A DNA stretch of 64,000 bases. It comes from Camelus ferus. Lineage: Eukaryota. Position numbers and translations under genes: made by a program. Of the stretch, positions 1-12,360 are shown piece by piece. The notes beneath the pieces were generated by a model. The model saw nothing but the letters and a program-made list of their open reading frames with translations. It made no database searches and was not told the DNA's origin. Location: contig NC_045696.1 of NCBI RefSeq assembly GCF_009834535.1, positions 112,594,001-112,658,000 of the forward strand. Reading direction: 5' to 3'. Position 1 is the first letter of the stretch; each line of letters opens with the position of its first letter.

Positions 1-73
1 ACCATGCCCGGCTGTACAAGTCAGTGATGTCCTCACAAGTGGCCAGCAGCAGGGGTCTGTCCCAGGGCAAAGA
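1..73 (-). other. Candidate first coding exon (68-nt 5'UTR + ATG at 5..3) of an unidentified minus-strand gene; CDS would continue beyond the window edge
   Basis: Minus strand reads long poly-T + CCAG acceptor (AG at 75..74), then 68 nt with no ATG and two in-frame TGA stops, then GCCGGGC-ATG-G (purine at -3, G at +4). The final GT (2..1) could alternatively be a donor. Confidence 0.6.
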
Positions 74-2410
74 CTGGAAAAAAAAAAAACATGTTGCCAA
101 CCCCAAGATTCACAATATAGAGTCAGTCCTTACCCTGAGCAGCGCTGCTAGAAGTAGCAGTGGTGCGAGTTGCTAGATTATTCCAGGATTATCCCACGAT
201 TATTCCAAGCAAGATTACGCCTTGCCTATCATATTCTTTCATTCCAGTAAGTGAAAATAATCTACTGTTCGGTTGCTGCAGTGTCTCCTAGTTAAGTGCC
301 TACCAGCCATTTAAATAAATATTATACAGAAGCATAACCAAGACATCCCCTCCTAAAACAGTGCTAAACTTCAAAGAAGGTGCAGTTACTAATCTAACAC
401 TAAGGATGGAGGGAACTTAAAAGAAGTGAGCTCCAGCAGGCACGGTCATGAAGCACTGCTCAGCTAGTACACTACGGAGATGCTCTACAAGAGGTTGACC
501 TCAGCCAAAACTTACTTTCCAATACATTACATGTATAAACCTTACTCTGAGATGACAGCCTGTAAGGAGATTTTTTTCATTGTATTAGAAGTGTACTTTT
601 GTCTCTTTTTCCTTCCCTTAAAGTTTTTCCCCTACCTCATCTTCCCCTCATGCATACCAGTTCACAAATGGAATCCGACTCTAAATCCTTTTGCAATCCC
701 TTTATGCACAGACTATTTTGTAATTGATGGTCCTTACCCAGGAAACCAGAACATGTAGGTGTTCACAATACACCAATTTTCATGCCTTGATGGTGTTAAT
801 CTGAAAAAGCAGGAATTAGAGAAACAGAGGTCTATGGTTCTTAGGTGAGGAAGACTGGAATACTTTTCAAGCTATTAATACTATATTTTATGTAAAATCT
901 GAATCTCAAATATGAATGCATAACTATGAAATCAACTAGCTTATATGCAAAATTCCCAAAGGGAGAGAGAACATGTAAGAAGTAATTAGAAATCTCTTGT
1001 GAGTACACAGTCTATATATGATGTACATACACACAGGATAGCAGCCTAAAATAAATTTAACAAACAGGGTGTCTCCTTTCCGTTACTGCCTTTTACAGAC
1101 ATCTTTAACCTTTCTACATGGATCAGGCTGCCCTAATAGTAGCGGATTTCAGCTACAGATACTTTCACCTGGGAAGTCAAACATCATGAGGCTCCTGCAA
1201 GCCCCTCGTCTCAATTAAGGATCAGGTGAGCCCAGCTCAACTGAATTATGGTCCACAGTGTGTACCACGCTGACTGCAATGAGATGAGTGACTCAGTCCC
1301 TCCAGCAAGGGGTGTGCAGTCTAAATAGAGAAGCCAGATCTACACAAGTGACAAATGGAGGACAGTAAAGCCAGGGATATTTTGATGCTAAAATCTGCCT
1401 TGCAGAGAAGAAGTGACACCAGAGCTAAGACAGGGTTGCCCAGGCTTAGCCATGGCTCAAAGAGGCTTGAGCTGGAAGAAAAGGAGTTGTTGGCTAGATA
1501 ACAGTCAGGTGTGCCCTAGCCTAGGGGTTCGAATCGAGGTCAGTAAATGAGGCTAAAATCACAAAACTAAGATCACCCTTGAAAATCCCCTAACTCTATA
1601 AAGTACAGTTTGGCATTTAAAATACAAATACAGAGGACAGTTCTATAGTACTACTTAATACATATCTATATAGCTCACATTGCTTAGATTAAATGCACAG
1701 ATGATACTTCATTGAAGAGAAGTTCAGATGGGTTATTCGAAACAGCAGTCTGGCTTCTCAAAAGTCCAAGTGGAAGAGCTTCCTAGGGATTGCAGACCTT
1801 GCTTCAGAGAGAATGTTGCTTCATGTCCCAAGGTCTCCAATCTATGCCTTAATTCCGTGTCCTACCCAATTCTAGTTTAGTGGTCCTAATGCCAGGTCCT
1901 GCTACCCAAAATTACAATCCTGAGATTTCTGCCCAGCTCATTTTTGACCCAAACTGAGGTCCATTCTGATGTTGTGATTTAGACCTACCCTAAGCCATGC
2001 TAGCCTGTACTCATTCCAGAATTCAGTTCTATGCCTGGATCTTAAAACAACTTGCATTAGAATGCACAGCTCTCCATGGGACTTCATTTACAATTTAGAG
2101 CCACAGATGCTCAAGGTTTGCAACAACATCAAGTTCATACAGTCCAACCATAATTCTGATCTTCAAATCCCCACTAAAGTGAACTTGTTACATGGCCTCA
2201 CAAATCTCATTTGAGCAACTTCAGTTGATCAACTGTCAATTCCCAAAGGCAGGCATTCATATCATACTCAGTGTGACACACACACACACCAGTTCCTTAC
2301 AAATGCCTTCCTCACCTAGCAATCCAATGTCTGCCTGTCTCTCTCTTATGTAGCTACTTGAATCCTTTGAGGCCAGCAGTCAAACTCTTCTTTTTTAAAA
2401 TTAAGGTGAT

Positions 2411-2527
2411 GGGGGGTAGTGTATAGCTCAGTGGTAGAGCACGTGCTTGGCATTTAAAGGTCATGGGTTCAATCCCCAGTGTCTCTGTTAAGGGGGAAAA
2501 AGAGGGTAAATAAATAAATAAATAAAA
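2411..2527 (+). mobile_element. tRNA-derived SINE (camelid Vic-1-like)
   Basis: A box TAGCTCAGTGGTAGAGC, B box GGTTCAATCCC, (TAAA)n tail, degenerate TSD aaaattaaggtgat / aaaattaggatgac. Confidence 0.85.
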
Positions 2528-2528
2528 T

Positions 2529-2658
2529 TAGGATGACCACACAACCTGTTTTCCCAGTGCAGTCCTTGTGCATGAAGGCTTCCACCTAATCATTAATACT
2601 ACCTCTCTTTTATTCTCAAAGTTGCCCCCTTTGGAAAATTAATTATATGGTCATCCTA
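2529..2658. mobile_element. Short non-autonomous hAT DNA transposon (MER96/MER91-like)
   Basis: Terminal inverted repeats taggatgacc ... ggtcatccta about 130 bp apart. Confidence 0.6.
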
Positions 2659-4649
2659 ATATAATAGATCTTAACCAGCTGGTAGATTCCCTGAGTCTGA
2701 GCCATCTCTACTCCCAGCTAAACTTTCCTGTATCCTTCAAACAGTCCACCTGGTATAATTTAAATCCTGTAACCATTCCATTTTCCTCTTTTGAATACAG
2801 AGCAGCCGGTCTCTGTGTGGGTCTGGGGAAAAGAAGACAGATCCTAAGTTCCCCTTACTCTGTAAGTCTGCTGTTTACATTGACAGTCGCTTCACATCTT
2901 GTATTCAGCTTGTAATATTTTCTTTCTTGTGAGTAATAGCTTCTATTTCTAATTTTGCAGTGGCCCTTGGGATTTCATCTGCTCTTCAAAATGGGGTTCC
3001 TACAAAGAGTTAGTTAGCCCGTCACTGAGGTCAAAGACTACATTAGATCCCACTCAGTTGTGTTTAACCACTGACATCAGTCCAAACTATGTGAATAACT
3101 TGACAAGGGAGTTTTGTAAAGAAACACAGAAATAAAAATGCAAACACAAAAGACTAAGAGTCAGAATGCAAGCAGCCATACCATGTGAGGAAACAGCACT
3201 GAAACAGGAAAATCAAGCCCAAATCTACTGTCACTATGTTGCTGCTATTTTAGCTTTAGAGACCAGCACTAGAAAAAAAAAAATTGTGCTCTTTAACTCT
3301 GAGAATTTGGGGGATGCTCTTTTGAAAGTTGTGCCCTCGGTATTTCTACCCTTGTCCCATGTATGACTTAAAAAAATTTACGTACTTTCCCTCAAACTAG
3401 CCCTTCACAAAATATACAATGAGTAGAGCCCCTGACGGCTTCCATATTTCAGTCTGATGGAGAGCATGGCTTCGCCCTTCCAACCTCCTTTCCTGGAGAA
3501 TCAACACAGTCTCACAGACACATTTTCCTTTCAAACAGACCCCTTATGTGACATTCACAGGACACTGGTATTAACATTTAATAGAGTTTGTGGGCATAAA
3601 GCACTTTTATGGACACCTGCTAGAGAGCTTTATTTTCCTTAAAAGTTTTATTGGAGCTGTTACATTTTTCTGCAGTGTTTTATGTGACTTGCTGTAAATG
3701 ATTATTGTACTGCATTAAACACAACAAAATCACTGGTGGCAGGCAACTAAAAAACGACATGACCAGATGCTTGTCACCTATTTAGAAGAAGGGAGAAACA
3801 AATCTAATGTCACATAAAACTACCCGGTTTTGCTGGTGAGGAAAATAAAAATTAAATAACCACATAGGGCCTTAAATGAGAAATTTGATAAAAAGATACA
3901 TAGATACAAACGAAATGTAAAAATACTAGCAACTTACACAAAAATCATTGATTTTTCCCCCTCTGATTACTATTTCAGTGATCAGAGTATATTAGGTACT
4001 CGCTTGCCTGTGATGTGTTTTATTAATGCTCTGTATCTGACACCCAATTTGGAAATCAATGCTTATTTCATCATTTTTCTCTGAGGGGTTCTATTATTTA
4101 CAATTGATTTAACAGGAATGAAAGGCTTACCATTAACAAGACCCAGTGGCTGACACTTCGCAGATGAAATATTGGAATTCAAAAACTGAATTAACTTAAC
4201 CATCGCCAAGACTGATGGTTTGATAATTTTTTTGCACCAGGTTTAATGTATTTATAATTAGATGTCAAAACAATGGTGCTCTTGCTTTGCTATCCTTCAG
4301 GATTTCTCCACTTTATAATATTTAAAAATGTGTCTGCATCATAGACCATCATTCCTTTGAGTCTAAAAATATTCCTTTAGTGGCCTAAAATACTGCCACA
4401 TTATGACTGTTGAAAGTTTGGCTCCAAACATGTCCAAGTAAACAGGTATCTTTCACCCCAAGTTGATATCAAAGGAATAAAGCACATAAAAGCATATAAT
4501 TACTAGAGGTCAACATCACTATCAAATGAAACTTACTTTTGGAAAAATAGCAATTAAAATGACTTCATTTGCAAGTTTTTAAAAATTTAGATTAAATTGA
4601 CTAACTTACAGAGACTTATAAAATCTAAGTTAAAAAAAATGGGGTTAAT

Positions 4650-4990
4650 TCCCAGGGTTGGTTAATTTAGTTCCATGTGTCATAAGGACCCATATTTTAC
4701 TCTGCATCCTCAAATTCAGGTCCCCTCAGTGCTGCATGCAGTTCCAAGAAACACAGCTTCCATCAACACCATCCATCAGATGAGAACCATCCTGTGTCTT
4801 TATAAGGCAACCTCTTCCAGATACTATCACTGGTGAAGTCTCTCCCCCAGGTCTAATTGGTCAGAATTCTGTCCATATGCGTTTGCCAGCTCAACACTGG
4901 TCAGAAGAATGGAATTGCCAATGCTGGTTAAACAGAAATCCATGGGGAGGAAGGTGGAGTTCTAAACACAGTGGGCATTCTGCCAGAGAG
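4650..4990. mobile_element. Old MaLR (MLT1-like) LTR fragment
   Basis: Degenerate MLT1-type motifs (ctaattggtcagaattctgtccatatg). Confidence 0.4.
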
Positions 4991-5159
4991 GATGTGGAGA
5001 ATGAGAAACAAAATATTTTCAACCAGGTCTTTATCTTACAGGCAGAAGATAGTAAGTTTCCCCCTGTCCCAGGGAAATCTTATCAGTTCAAGAGGAACCA
5101 CAAGAATTCTGACACCAGAGGCTCCTCAATATATGGTACATACAGATCATTATTTACAG

Positions 5160-5382
5160 TAGTGGTTCTCAACCAGATTGATATGAACCCTGCCTCCATT
5201 CCAGGGAACACTTGGCAATGTCTGGAGGTATTTTAGGCTGTCACTATTAGGGAGTGCTAATGGCATTTGATGGGCAGGGTCAAGGATGCTGCTCAACATC
5301 CTACAAAACACAGGATAGCTCCTGACAACAAAGAATTATATGGCCCCAAATGTTAACAGTGCTGGCATTGAGAATTTCTGAC
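5160..5382 (+). mobile_element. MER20 hAT-Charlie DNA transposon
   Basis: agtggttctcaacc...cttggcaatgtctggag...ggatgctgctcaacatccta...acaacaaagaattat...ccaaatgt; matches recalled MER20 consensus. Confidence 0.85.
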
Positions 5383-5589
5383 TTAAAGCAATCCTCACCA
5401 TTGATATGCCCCAGCTACCCTTTCAGATCCTCCAGTCAGCTTGTTTCCCATTCTAAACCATAGTCAAGCAAGGCTTCTATCATGTATCTGAGGACAGCAT
5501 TTAAAGTGGAAGATAGAGGACTATGCAAAGGGAGAGATGAAACAAAAAAAGCAACATGAAGGAAATATGTCAAGTAGGAAGAAGAAAAT

Positions 5590-5840
5590 TAAAACTCAAC
5601 TGTGTGCTATTTATGAGGGACACACATAAAGCACAGAAACATTTTTTAACTGATGGGAAATGACATACCAGGAAACTATCAACAAAAAGAAAATTAGTAT
5701 AGCTATATTAATACAGACAAAGGAGACTTTAGGACAAAAGTTTGACTTGAGGAGTTATTATGTAATGATAAGACTTCATTCACCAGGACAGAATAACAGT
5801 TCTAAACAGGTATGCAGCTAACAACATAGCCTCAAAACAC
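5590..5840 (+). mobile_element. Old L1 ORF2 (endonuclease region) fragment
   Basis: atgggaaatgacataccagg...gtatagctatattaatacagacaaaggagacttt; degenerate, no intact ORF. Confidence 0.6.
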
Positions 5841-7379
5841 TCATTCTGTGCTTTTCTTTACTGTTCTCATTTTGAAACCTTACACATACACTACTTTTAT
5901 TTTTCCTTTATGTCAGTAGGGGGCCATCTGGGTGGTAAATGGGCCATTTTTCCTCTCTTTCTGAATGCATGCCTGTGTTGTAAAAATACCTAGTATTCAA
6001 TATATTTTGAAAATTAAACAAATAAAAAGAAAATCTGATAATATCTTTCAAAGCTGATTAGAGAGTTCACAAGCATCTTGGAGGCTGGTAGACAGGATGA
6101 TTTCCCCTCAATCATCACTACCTCTAAGTTGTTTTTTGTTGTTGTTGTTTTCAGCCCTAGCTGTACTCAGTATCTTGGCTGCAGTATTGTGGTTTTGTTG
6201 GATCAACATCTTTACAAGTGAAATTTTAGGATTTTGCAGAGGAGGTTAAAGTCATTGTAATTGTTTCTATTACAGACTTTCAACAAATCCTCCTATTTTC
6301 AGCCAAACGTGCACTCCACTTTTTAAAGTTTCCTGGGACTTGCTATTCCTAAGTCTCTAAAGAATTTTAGAAAGATTATATGAATTTATATATTAAAAAA
6401 ACGAAGTTACTTTCTTTGAAAAAACTGACTAAATCATATAAAATTTAGTATGACTAATTTCAGATGTTGCAAGGAAATGCATCAAACCTTTTCAGGTTAA
6501 TGTATTTATATCCTTTTTGACATAAACGATGAAAAGGGGGTGCTTAAGAATCACTGTGCAGCTAAGAAATGTTTCCATTTAAATTGAAACAAACAGCTTT
6601 CAAAAAAATTGTACAGGTGTTACTTTTACATAGTACATCCAACCATTAAATTAAATATTTTTCCAATGCAGGGCACTGCTAATAAAAATTTGAGAAAATG
6701 CACAGGATAGAACAAACGCGTTTGCATTTAGTAGAGACATATATTGCCATTCCAATTTGTACTAGTAGCTCTCAGTCCTAAATATTCTTATTAATATTCT
6801 AAGGTAGCCTCAGGGTTAATAAAATTATATTTCTCTTGCTACTTATTCCTTTATGATAAATTTATGTAAATTCTGCTTCTGAATATGCTTATGCCTGGGA
6901 ATGAGATTATATATTGTAATTCTTACATCAATCCATAGTAATAAATACTTGATAAATAAAATACCACTATCTAAATTTCATTTTCCTAATTGGCACTAGG
7001 TTTTAGTATAATATAACACAGCTAGTTTTTGTTTCCCAGAGCTAAACATTTCCAGCAATGAATATATTGTGGGATTCTTAAAGATACACATTTTAAAAAT
7101 GCAATAGAATTAAGAAATTAAGACTTTGGTTTACACTACATGAAATTAATGAGAAATAAGACTTGGGTAGTTCATAAGATTTACAGTTCCTTTGTATTAT
7201 GGGTTAAAAAAATAAATATTAAATTTATTTGCTTGCTAAATAATATGTTCACATACATTTCACATTTCAGATTTAATTAATCCTGGATATACTTATGATT
7301 CTGAGCTACCTGTATGTGGTTCTCTCCTTCACACCCTTTCACATTATTACTATAATTTATTTTTATTATAATATTACCC

Positions 7380-8140
7380 ATAATAATTGAATTAAATAAT
7401 AGAAAAAGGGACAGGTCTCCCATATAGGAAAACATCTGAGTTACTAAACACAGAATAGATGTGGGAAATAGAAAATCTCCATTAAGCAAACACTCTAATA
7501 ATGAGAGTTGCAGTCAAGATCCATCAACGGATGCTAAAATTAGTGGTTGAAAGTTTGAGAAGAAACAGGATATTTGCATCGTCCCAACGTTATCTTCTCT
7601 AAGATATTCATTAATCACAAATGGAAAAGTGTAACCTTATAGTGAAGAAACACAGCAGGCACCACCTAACTAAGTGACCCAAGTTAACATCATCATCATC
7701 AGTAATAAGACATGTTGACATCATGTACCCCTGATATGATGCACTGAAAAGGGCTCATCACTTCTGTGATATTCTCGTCAAAGCGTGTAACCTCCATCCA
7801 AGCTTATGTCATCAGAGAGCTCTGAATCAAAGGATGTTCTAAAAAATAACTGACAAATACTCTTGAAAAGTGTCAAGGGAAGACTGAAGAACTGTCACAG
7901 ACAGGAGGAGACAAGAACATGGGCCAGCTGAACTGCAGTGTGGGATCCTGAGTTGTGCTCTGGAATAGGAAAAGGACAACTGGGGAACTCTGAGCAAGGT
8001 CTGGAATTTAGTTAATACTATTGTATTAGTGTTACTTCCTTGGTTTTGGTAATTGTACTATGGTTATATAAGATATTAATATCAGGACAAGTTTTGTAAA
8101 GATATATGAGTACTCCCTGAAATACCTTTGTAACCTTCCT
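7380..8140 (+). mobile_element. L1MC-type 3' UTR fragment
   Basis: gatgctaaaattagtgg, ggcaccacctaactaagtgacc, ttcctggttttggtaattgtactatggttatataagat motifs typical of L1MC4-like 3' ends. Confidence 0.7.
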
Positions 8141-8199
8141 GAAAACAAACACTTCCAAGGTTTTGGTCTGATTGTTTCAAGGAACAAAGTCACCAATAG

Positions 8200-8640
8200 C
8201 AGAAATTGAGAAGCCTTGCATGAAACAGGTCTGGTGAATGCAGGGAAGAGAATCAAAATTTAGTTTTAGACCTGTTAGATTTGAGATGTCTGCTGGGCAT
8301 CCAAGTAGAGGTGCTAAGTTGCAGTTGGATATCTAAGTCTGGTCTTTTGGAGAGGGGACTAGGCAGAAAATATACAGTTGAAAACATAGCCATAAACACC
8401 TAGAGATTACTAAGAAAATAAATGTTGAAAAGAACTGTGTCCTGGGACACTCAGACATGTAGAGATCAAAGAGAAGAACCAGAAAGGTACCTGAAAAGGA
8501 GCAAGGAAGAAACCAAGGAGACAGGCGATAGTGGTTGGAGGTTCCTAAAAGCCCAATGAGAGAAGTGTATCAAGAAAGAGGGCCTAGAGGTCAACAGGTA
8601 AAATAAGATGAAGGGTGAAAATTGACCATTCAGTTCAACA
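8200..8640. mobile_element. L2 LINE fragment
   Basis: ttttagacctgttagatttgagatgtctgctgggcatccaagtagag...gttggatat. Confidence 0.7.
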
Positions 8641-8689
8641 TCAAAAGACTTAAAAAGAAAACTGTATTACTGTCTTAATAAATGTTAAA

Positions 8690-10720
8690 AAAAGAGAAAC
8701 ATTAAATAAAAATTAGCTAACATAATAAGAAGTCCTAGAAAATTAAGAATACAAGCAAATTTCCTTAACCTAGTAAGGGGTTGCTATACAAAAACTTTTA
8801 ACTCATTGATTAAAAATATTCCCCTAAAAATTAGGAACAAGACAAGGTTGGCCACTTTCACAAGTTCTATTAAAAATGGTACTAGAGGTCTTAATCTGTG
8901 CAATAAGATGCATTCATCCACCCTTCTCCACCTCCTCCAACATCCAGAGCAAAATGATTGAAGAAAAACAAGAATCACATATAATACAATTCCAAAGAAG
9001 CTACAAATTATTAAAATTAACATGAGTTTGTAAACTTCTCTGGATATAAAAATCAATTATATTTATATGCTATGAACAAGCAGAAAATATTATTTTTAAA
9101 AAGTTATCATTAAAATACTAACAAAAATAATGTATCTACAATAAGCTAAGCAGAATTTATGCCACTTCCATGAGGAAGAATATAGAAGTCTTTTGGTTTT
9201 TTTTTTATTTTTTTCCCTTTATTTTCTTAAATTTTTTTTAATTCAAGTATAGCTGATTTATAATGTTGTATTAGTTTTAGGCATACAGCAAAGTGATTCA
9301 GATAGATAGAAAGATAGATAGATATTCTTTTTCAGATTCTTTTCCACTATAGGTTATTACAAGATATTGAATATAGTTCCATGTGATACACAGTAAATCC
9401 TTGTTTGTCTATTTTATATATAGTAGTGTGTATATGTTTTGAAATACATCAAGAAGTCAAATAAATGAGAGTAATACCCATATTTAAGAATTGTGTCTGC
9501 CTAATTTGCATATAGGCAAAACTATTTCAATCAAAATCTCTACGGTTTTTTTTTACAAAACTTGATGAGTGATTTCAGAAAATTATTAGGAAAAGCAAAG
9601 AAAGAGAAAGCAAAATATTCCTAAAGACGTACAAGGTAGGAAAAGAAAAGAAAAAAAGTATAAGGCTTAACCTTTCAGAAATCAAGACTCAGTGTACATA
9701 CACATTATATTGCCTGTAAATACATATAAACAGTATACTGCACTTTTTTTAGCTTTCATATATGTACCAACTATTGTTCCTAAGATAATTCTACATAATA
9801 AAACTGGAAAAAATAATAAAATTAAAAAAAAAATTTTTAAAAAGCAAATTCATTACAAAAACAAACAAAAAGACTCAGTGAAAAAAAAGTAATTAAAGCA
9901 GTATTGATATAGAGTAAACCTATGAACAATGAGTCAGAAGTAAGGGGTCAGAAATACACACACACACATGAATTTTATTTATATCAGGAAAGATATTTAT
10001 CATTGAGATAAGGATGGACTATAAAACAGAGTTTTGGAGCAAGAAGTTTCCACATTAGGAAAAAAACAGATCCCTACCTCACACCAGTTACAGAAATCAA
10101 TTCCAAATGAATGATGTAAAAGGCAAAATAAGATGTTTAAAAGAAAAAAATACTTTTATTTTCTTGAGATAGAGCATAAAAGAAAAGAAAATTGGAATGC
10201 ATTAAAATTAATAAGCTGTGCTTATCAAAAGACACCACAAAGATAGTAAGATATGCTTCAAGCTGGGAGTGTCTATTTACAAAGCATATCATTAACAAGG
10301 AATTACTCTACAGGACATATAAAGAACTTTGAGAAATCAATAGAAAATATCACAGGCATTTCATAAAAGGTAAAGCACATATGTTTATTGAACATGAAAA
10401 GACACACAGCCTCATTAGTAAATTAGGTAAATGCTAACTAAAACTATGATATATTTTTCTATACCAAGCAAGTGCAGTAAAATAAAGAAGTTTAGCAACA
10501 CAAAGTGCTGGTGAATATATAAAACAACTGGAATACTCATATACACAATATATTATTTTGACATACACACAAATGACAGACCCATAAATAGGGAAATTAT
10601 TAACACAAAACTCAGGGAGCACTAAGGCTCTGTTCGAAAGATGCAGAGATAGTAAAAAGGTACACCAGTGGGTAATGACAACATTCTGTTTCTTAAACTA
10701 GGTGTGGAATAATGGGGTTT
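8690..10720 (+). mobile_element. Old L1ME-like ORF2/3' region, interrupted by a younger L1 3' fragment
   Basis: A-rich degenerate L1 motifs (ggaacaagacaagg, gatccctacctcacacc, cacagcctcattagtaa). Confidence 0.7.
9225..9437 (-). mobile_element. Cetartiodactyl-type L1 3' end (5'-truncated)
   Basis: aagtatagctgatttataatgttg...ttttcagattcttttccactataggttattacaagatattgaatatagttcc. Confidence 0.85.
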
Positions 10721-11019
10721 TATTTTGCATATTATTACATATTTTGCTTCTTGTTTATTATTGATTATTTTATTTTAGAATTTTATTTTCATTTTATTGC
10801 TCTTATTTCACTATATTATTTATTTCATTATTTTGTCATTGATTATATTTATTTATATTTCTACAGTAAAGAAATATTTGCATTTGTTATTTTGTCTATT
10901 ATTTTCAAGTATTTTAGTCATTATTTTATTATCTTTTATACACATTCTTCCATGTATATTAAGTTTCATGACTATAAATTACCCTGAAAAAACAAACAAT
11001 GGAAATTAAGCCACAAAGC

Positions 11020-12360
11020 CAAATGAAAATCTCAGACAAAACTCATTATCTCAAAGCAATTCAGGAACAAGTGACCTCTGAAACAAGAATACAGAGATGG
11101 GATGGAAGATTTAAAAAAAAAATAAGGTAACAGAAAGAGATGAAGAGTTAGCTAGCCTAGCTCAGAAAAAATTGGAAATGAAAGACAAAACTATTACTGA
11201 AACAAAATCACACTAAATCAATCAGACAGGCATAGTAAAAAATAGTCAGCAACTTGAAAAACAGGCTGGGAGAAACTGAGCAAAATGAAATTAAGGCATT
11301 AAAATGGAGAAAAAGATTATTGATGTCTAAGTCAGACCAAGGTTATACAAGGAATGCATGAATTATATCCTTACTAAAATGAGGAATATTCAAAGGATCT
11401 TTTTTTCTAAAATAAAGGAAGTTCTGCACCAACGAATGAGAAGTGTATAGAGAATGGGGAGAGGGGAATAAATAATCAACACTAAGGCATATCTTGGTAA
11501 AGCCGCCATGTATTAAACACAAAACAAAAATTAGAGAGTCAACCACAGGGATGAATAAAAAGACAAATATATTCTGGGTTGGAAATTAAAGAATGCAATG
11601 ATGACTTCTCTCTGAACTGTAACTGTAATTCAAATTTGATTCACATCTTCAAATGAGGAGAAAGTAGGCAAGTGTGAATAGCCAGGAAAAGGCTAAAATC
11701 AGCAAAAAGAGTAATAAGAGAGACTGACACTCTCAATTATTAAAGTTTGTCATAAAGTTGTAGTAATTAACAAATCAACAGCTACATCTATGGAACCAAA
11801 CAGAGAAACCAGAAATGGACACAGATGAGAGTATCTCACAGCAGTAGGCAAAAGATGGCTTGGCAAATGAAGAGTTTTAAAAATAAGATTTTATACTGGT
11901 AAAGAAGAAGTAAAATAAGTACTTCCAGACACCACTGATAGCAATGTAAGTTTTTCTACCTTATCTGAAAAATATTTTGTCAATATGAAGAAAGCTCCAC
12001 TTTTGACTTGGTGATCCAGTAGTTCCATTTCTAGGAAGCCATCCTAAAGTCATCACCAGTATAAACACAGCTATGAAGATGTCTGTTGTTTATTTATAAA
12101 ATATAAAAGTTAGCAATACTTTTAGGTCTGCATAAAGGAATGCTTAATATGGGCCACCATACTTCTATATGATGGAATATTATGCAGGTATTTAAAGAAC
12201 ATTCAATGATAGGAAATGTTCTTGCTTAGAGAACAGTCAACTTACAGTAAGATTCTAATTCTGAGGAAGGAATACATTGACAACTGTGTTGTACATTTTA
12301 GGAAACCGGAATATATTGTGAGTGATTCATCTTCTCCTTTATACTTTTTTCTCTATCCTC
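11020..12360 (+). mobile_element. Highly degraded L1M fragments
   Basis: A-rich, with gatccagtagttccatttctagga and atggaatattatgcag motifs. Confidence 0.5.

Noticed and set aside
2411..2485. tRNA gene-like sequence (also 28740-28814, 50240-50310, 55028-55100)
   Set aside because: Degenerate stems, A-rich tails, TSDs and multiple dispersed copies indicate SINEs, not tRNA genes
10712..11009. Hydrophobic membrane-protein-like ORFs
   Set aside because: Translation of AT-rich low-complexity sequence at an L1 tail
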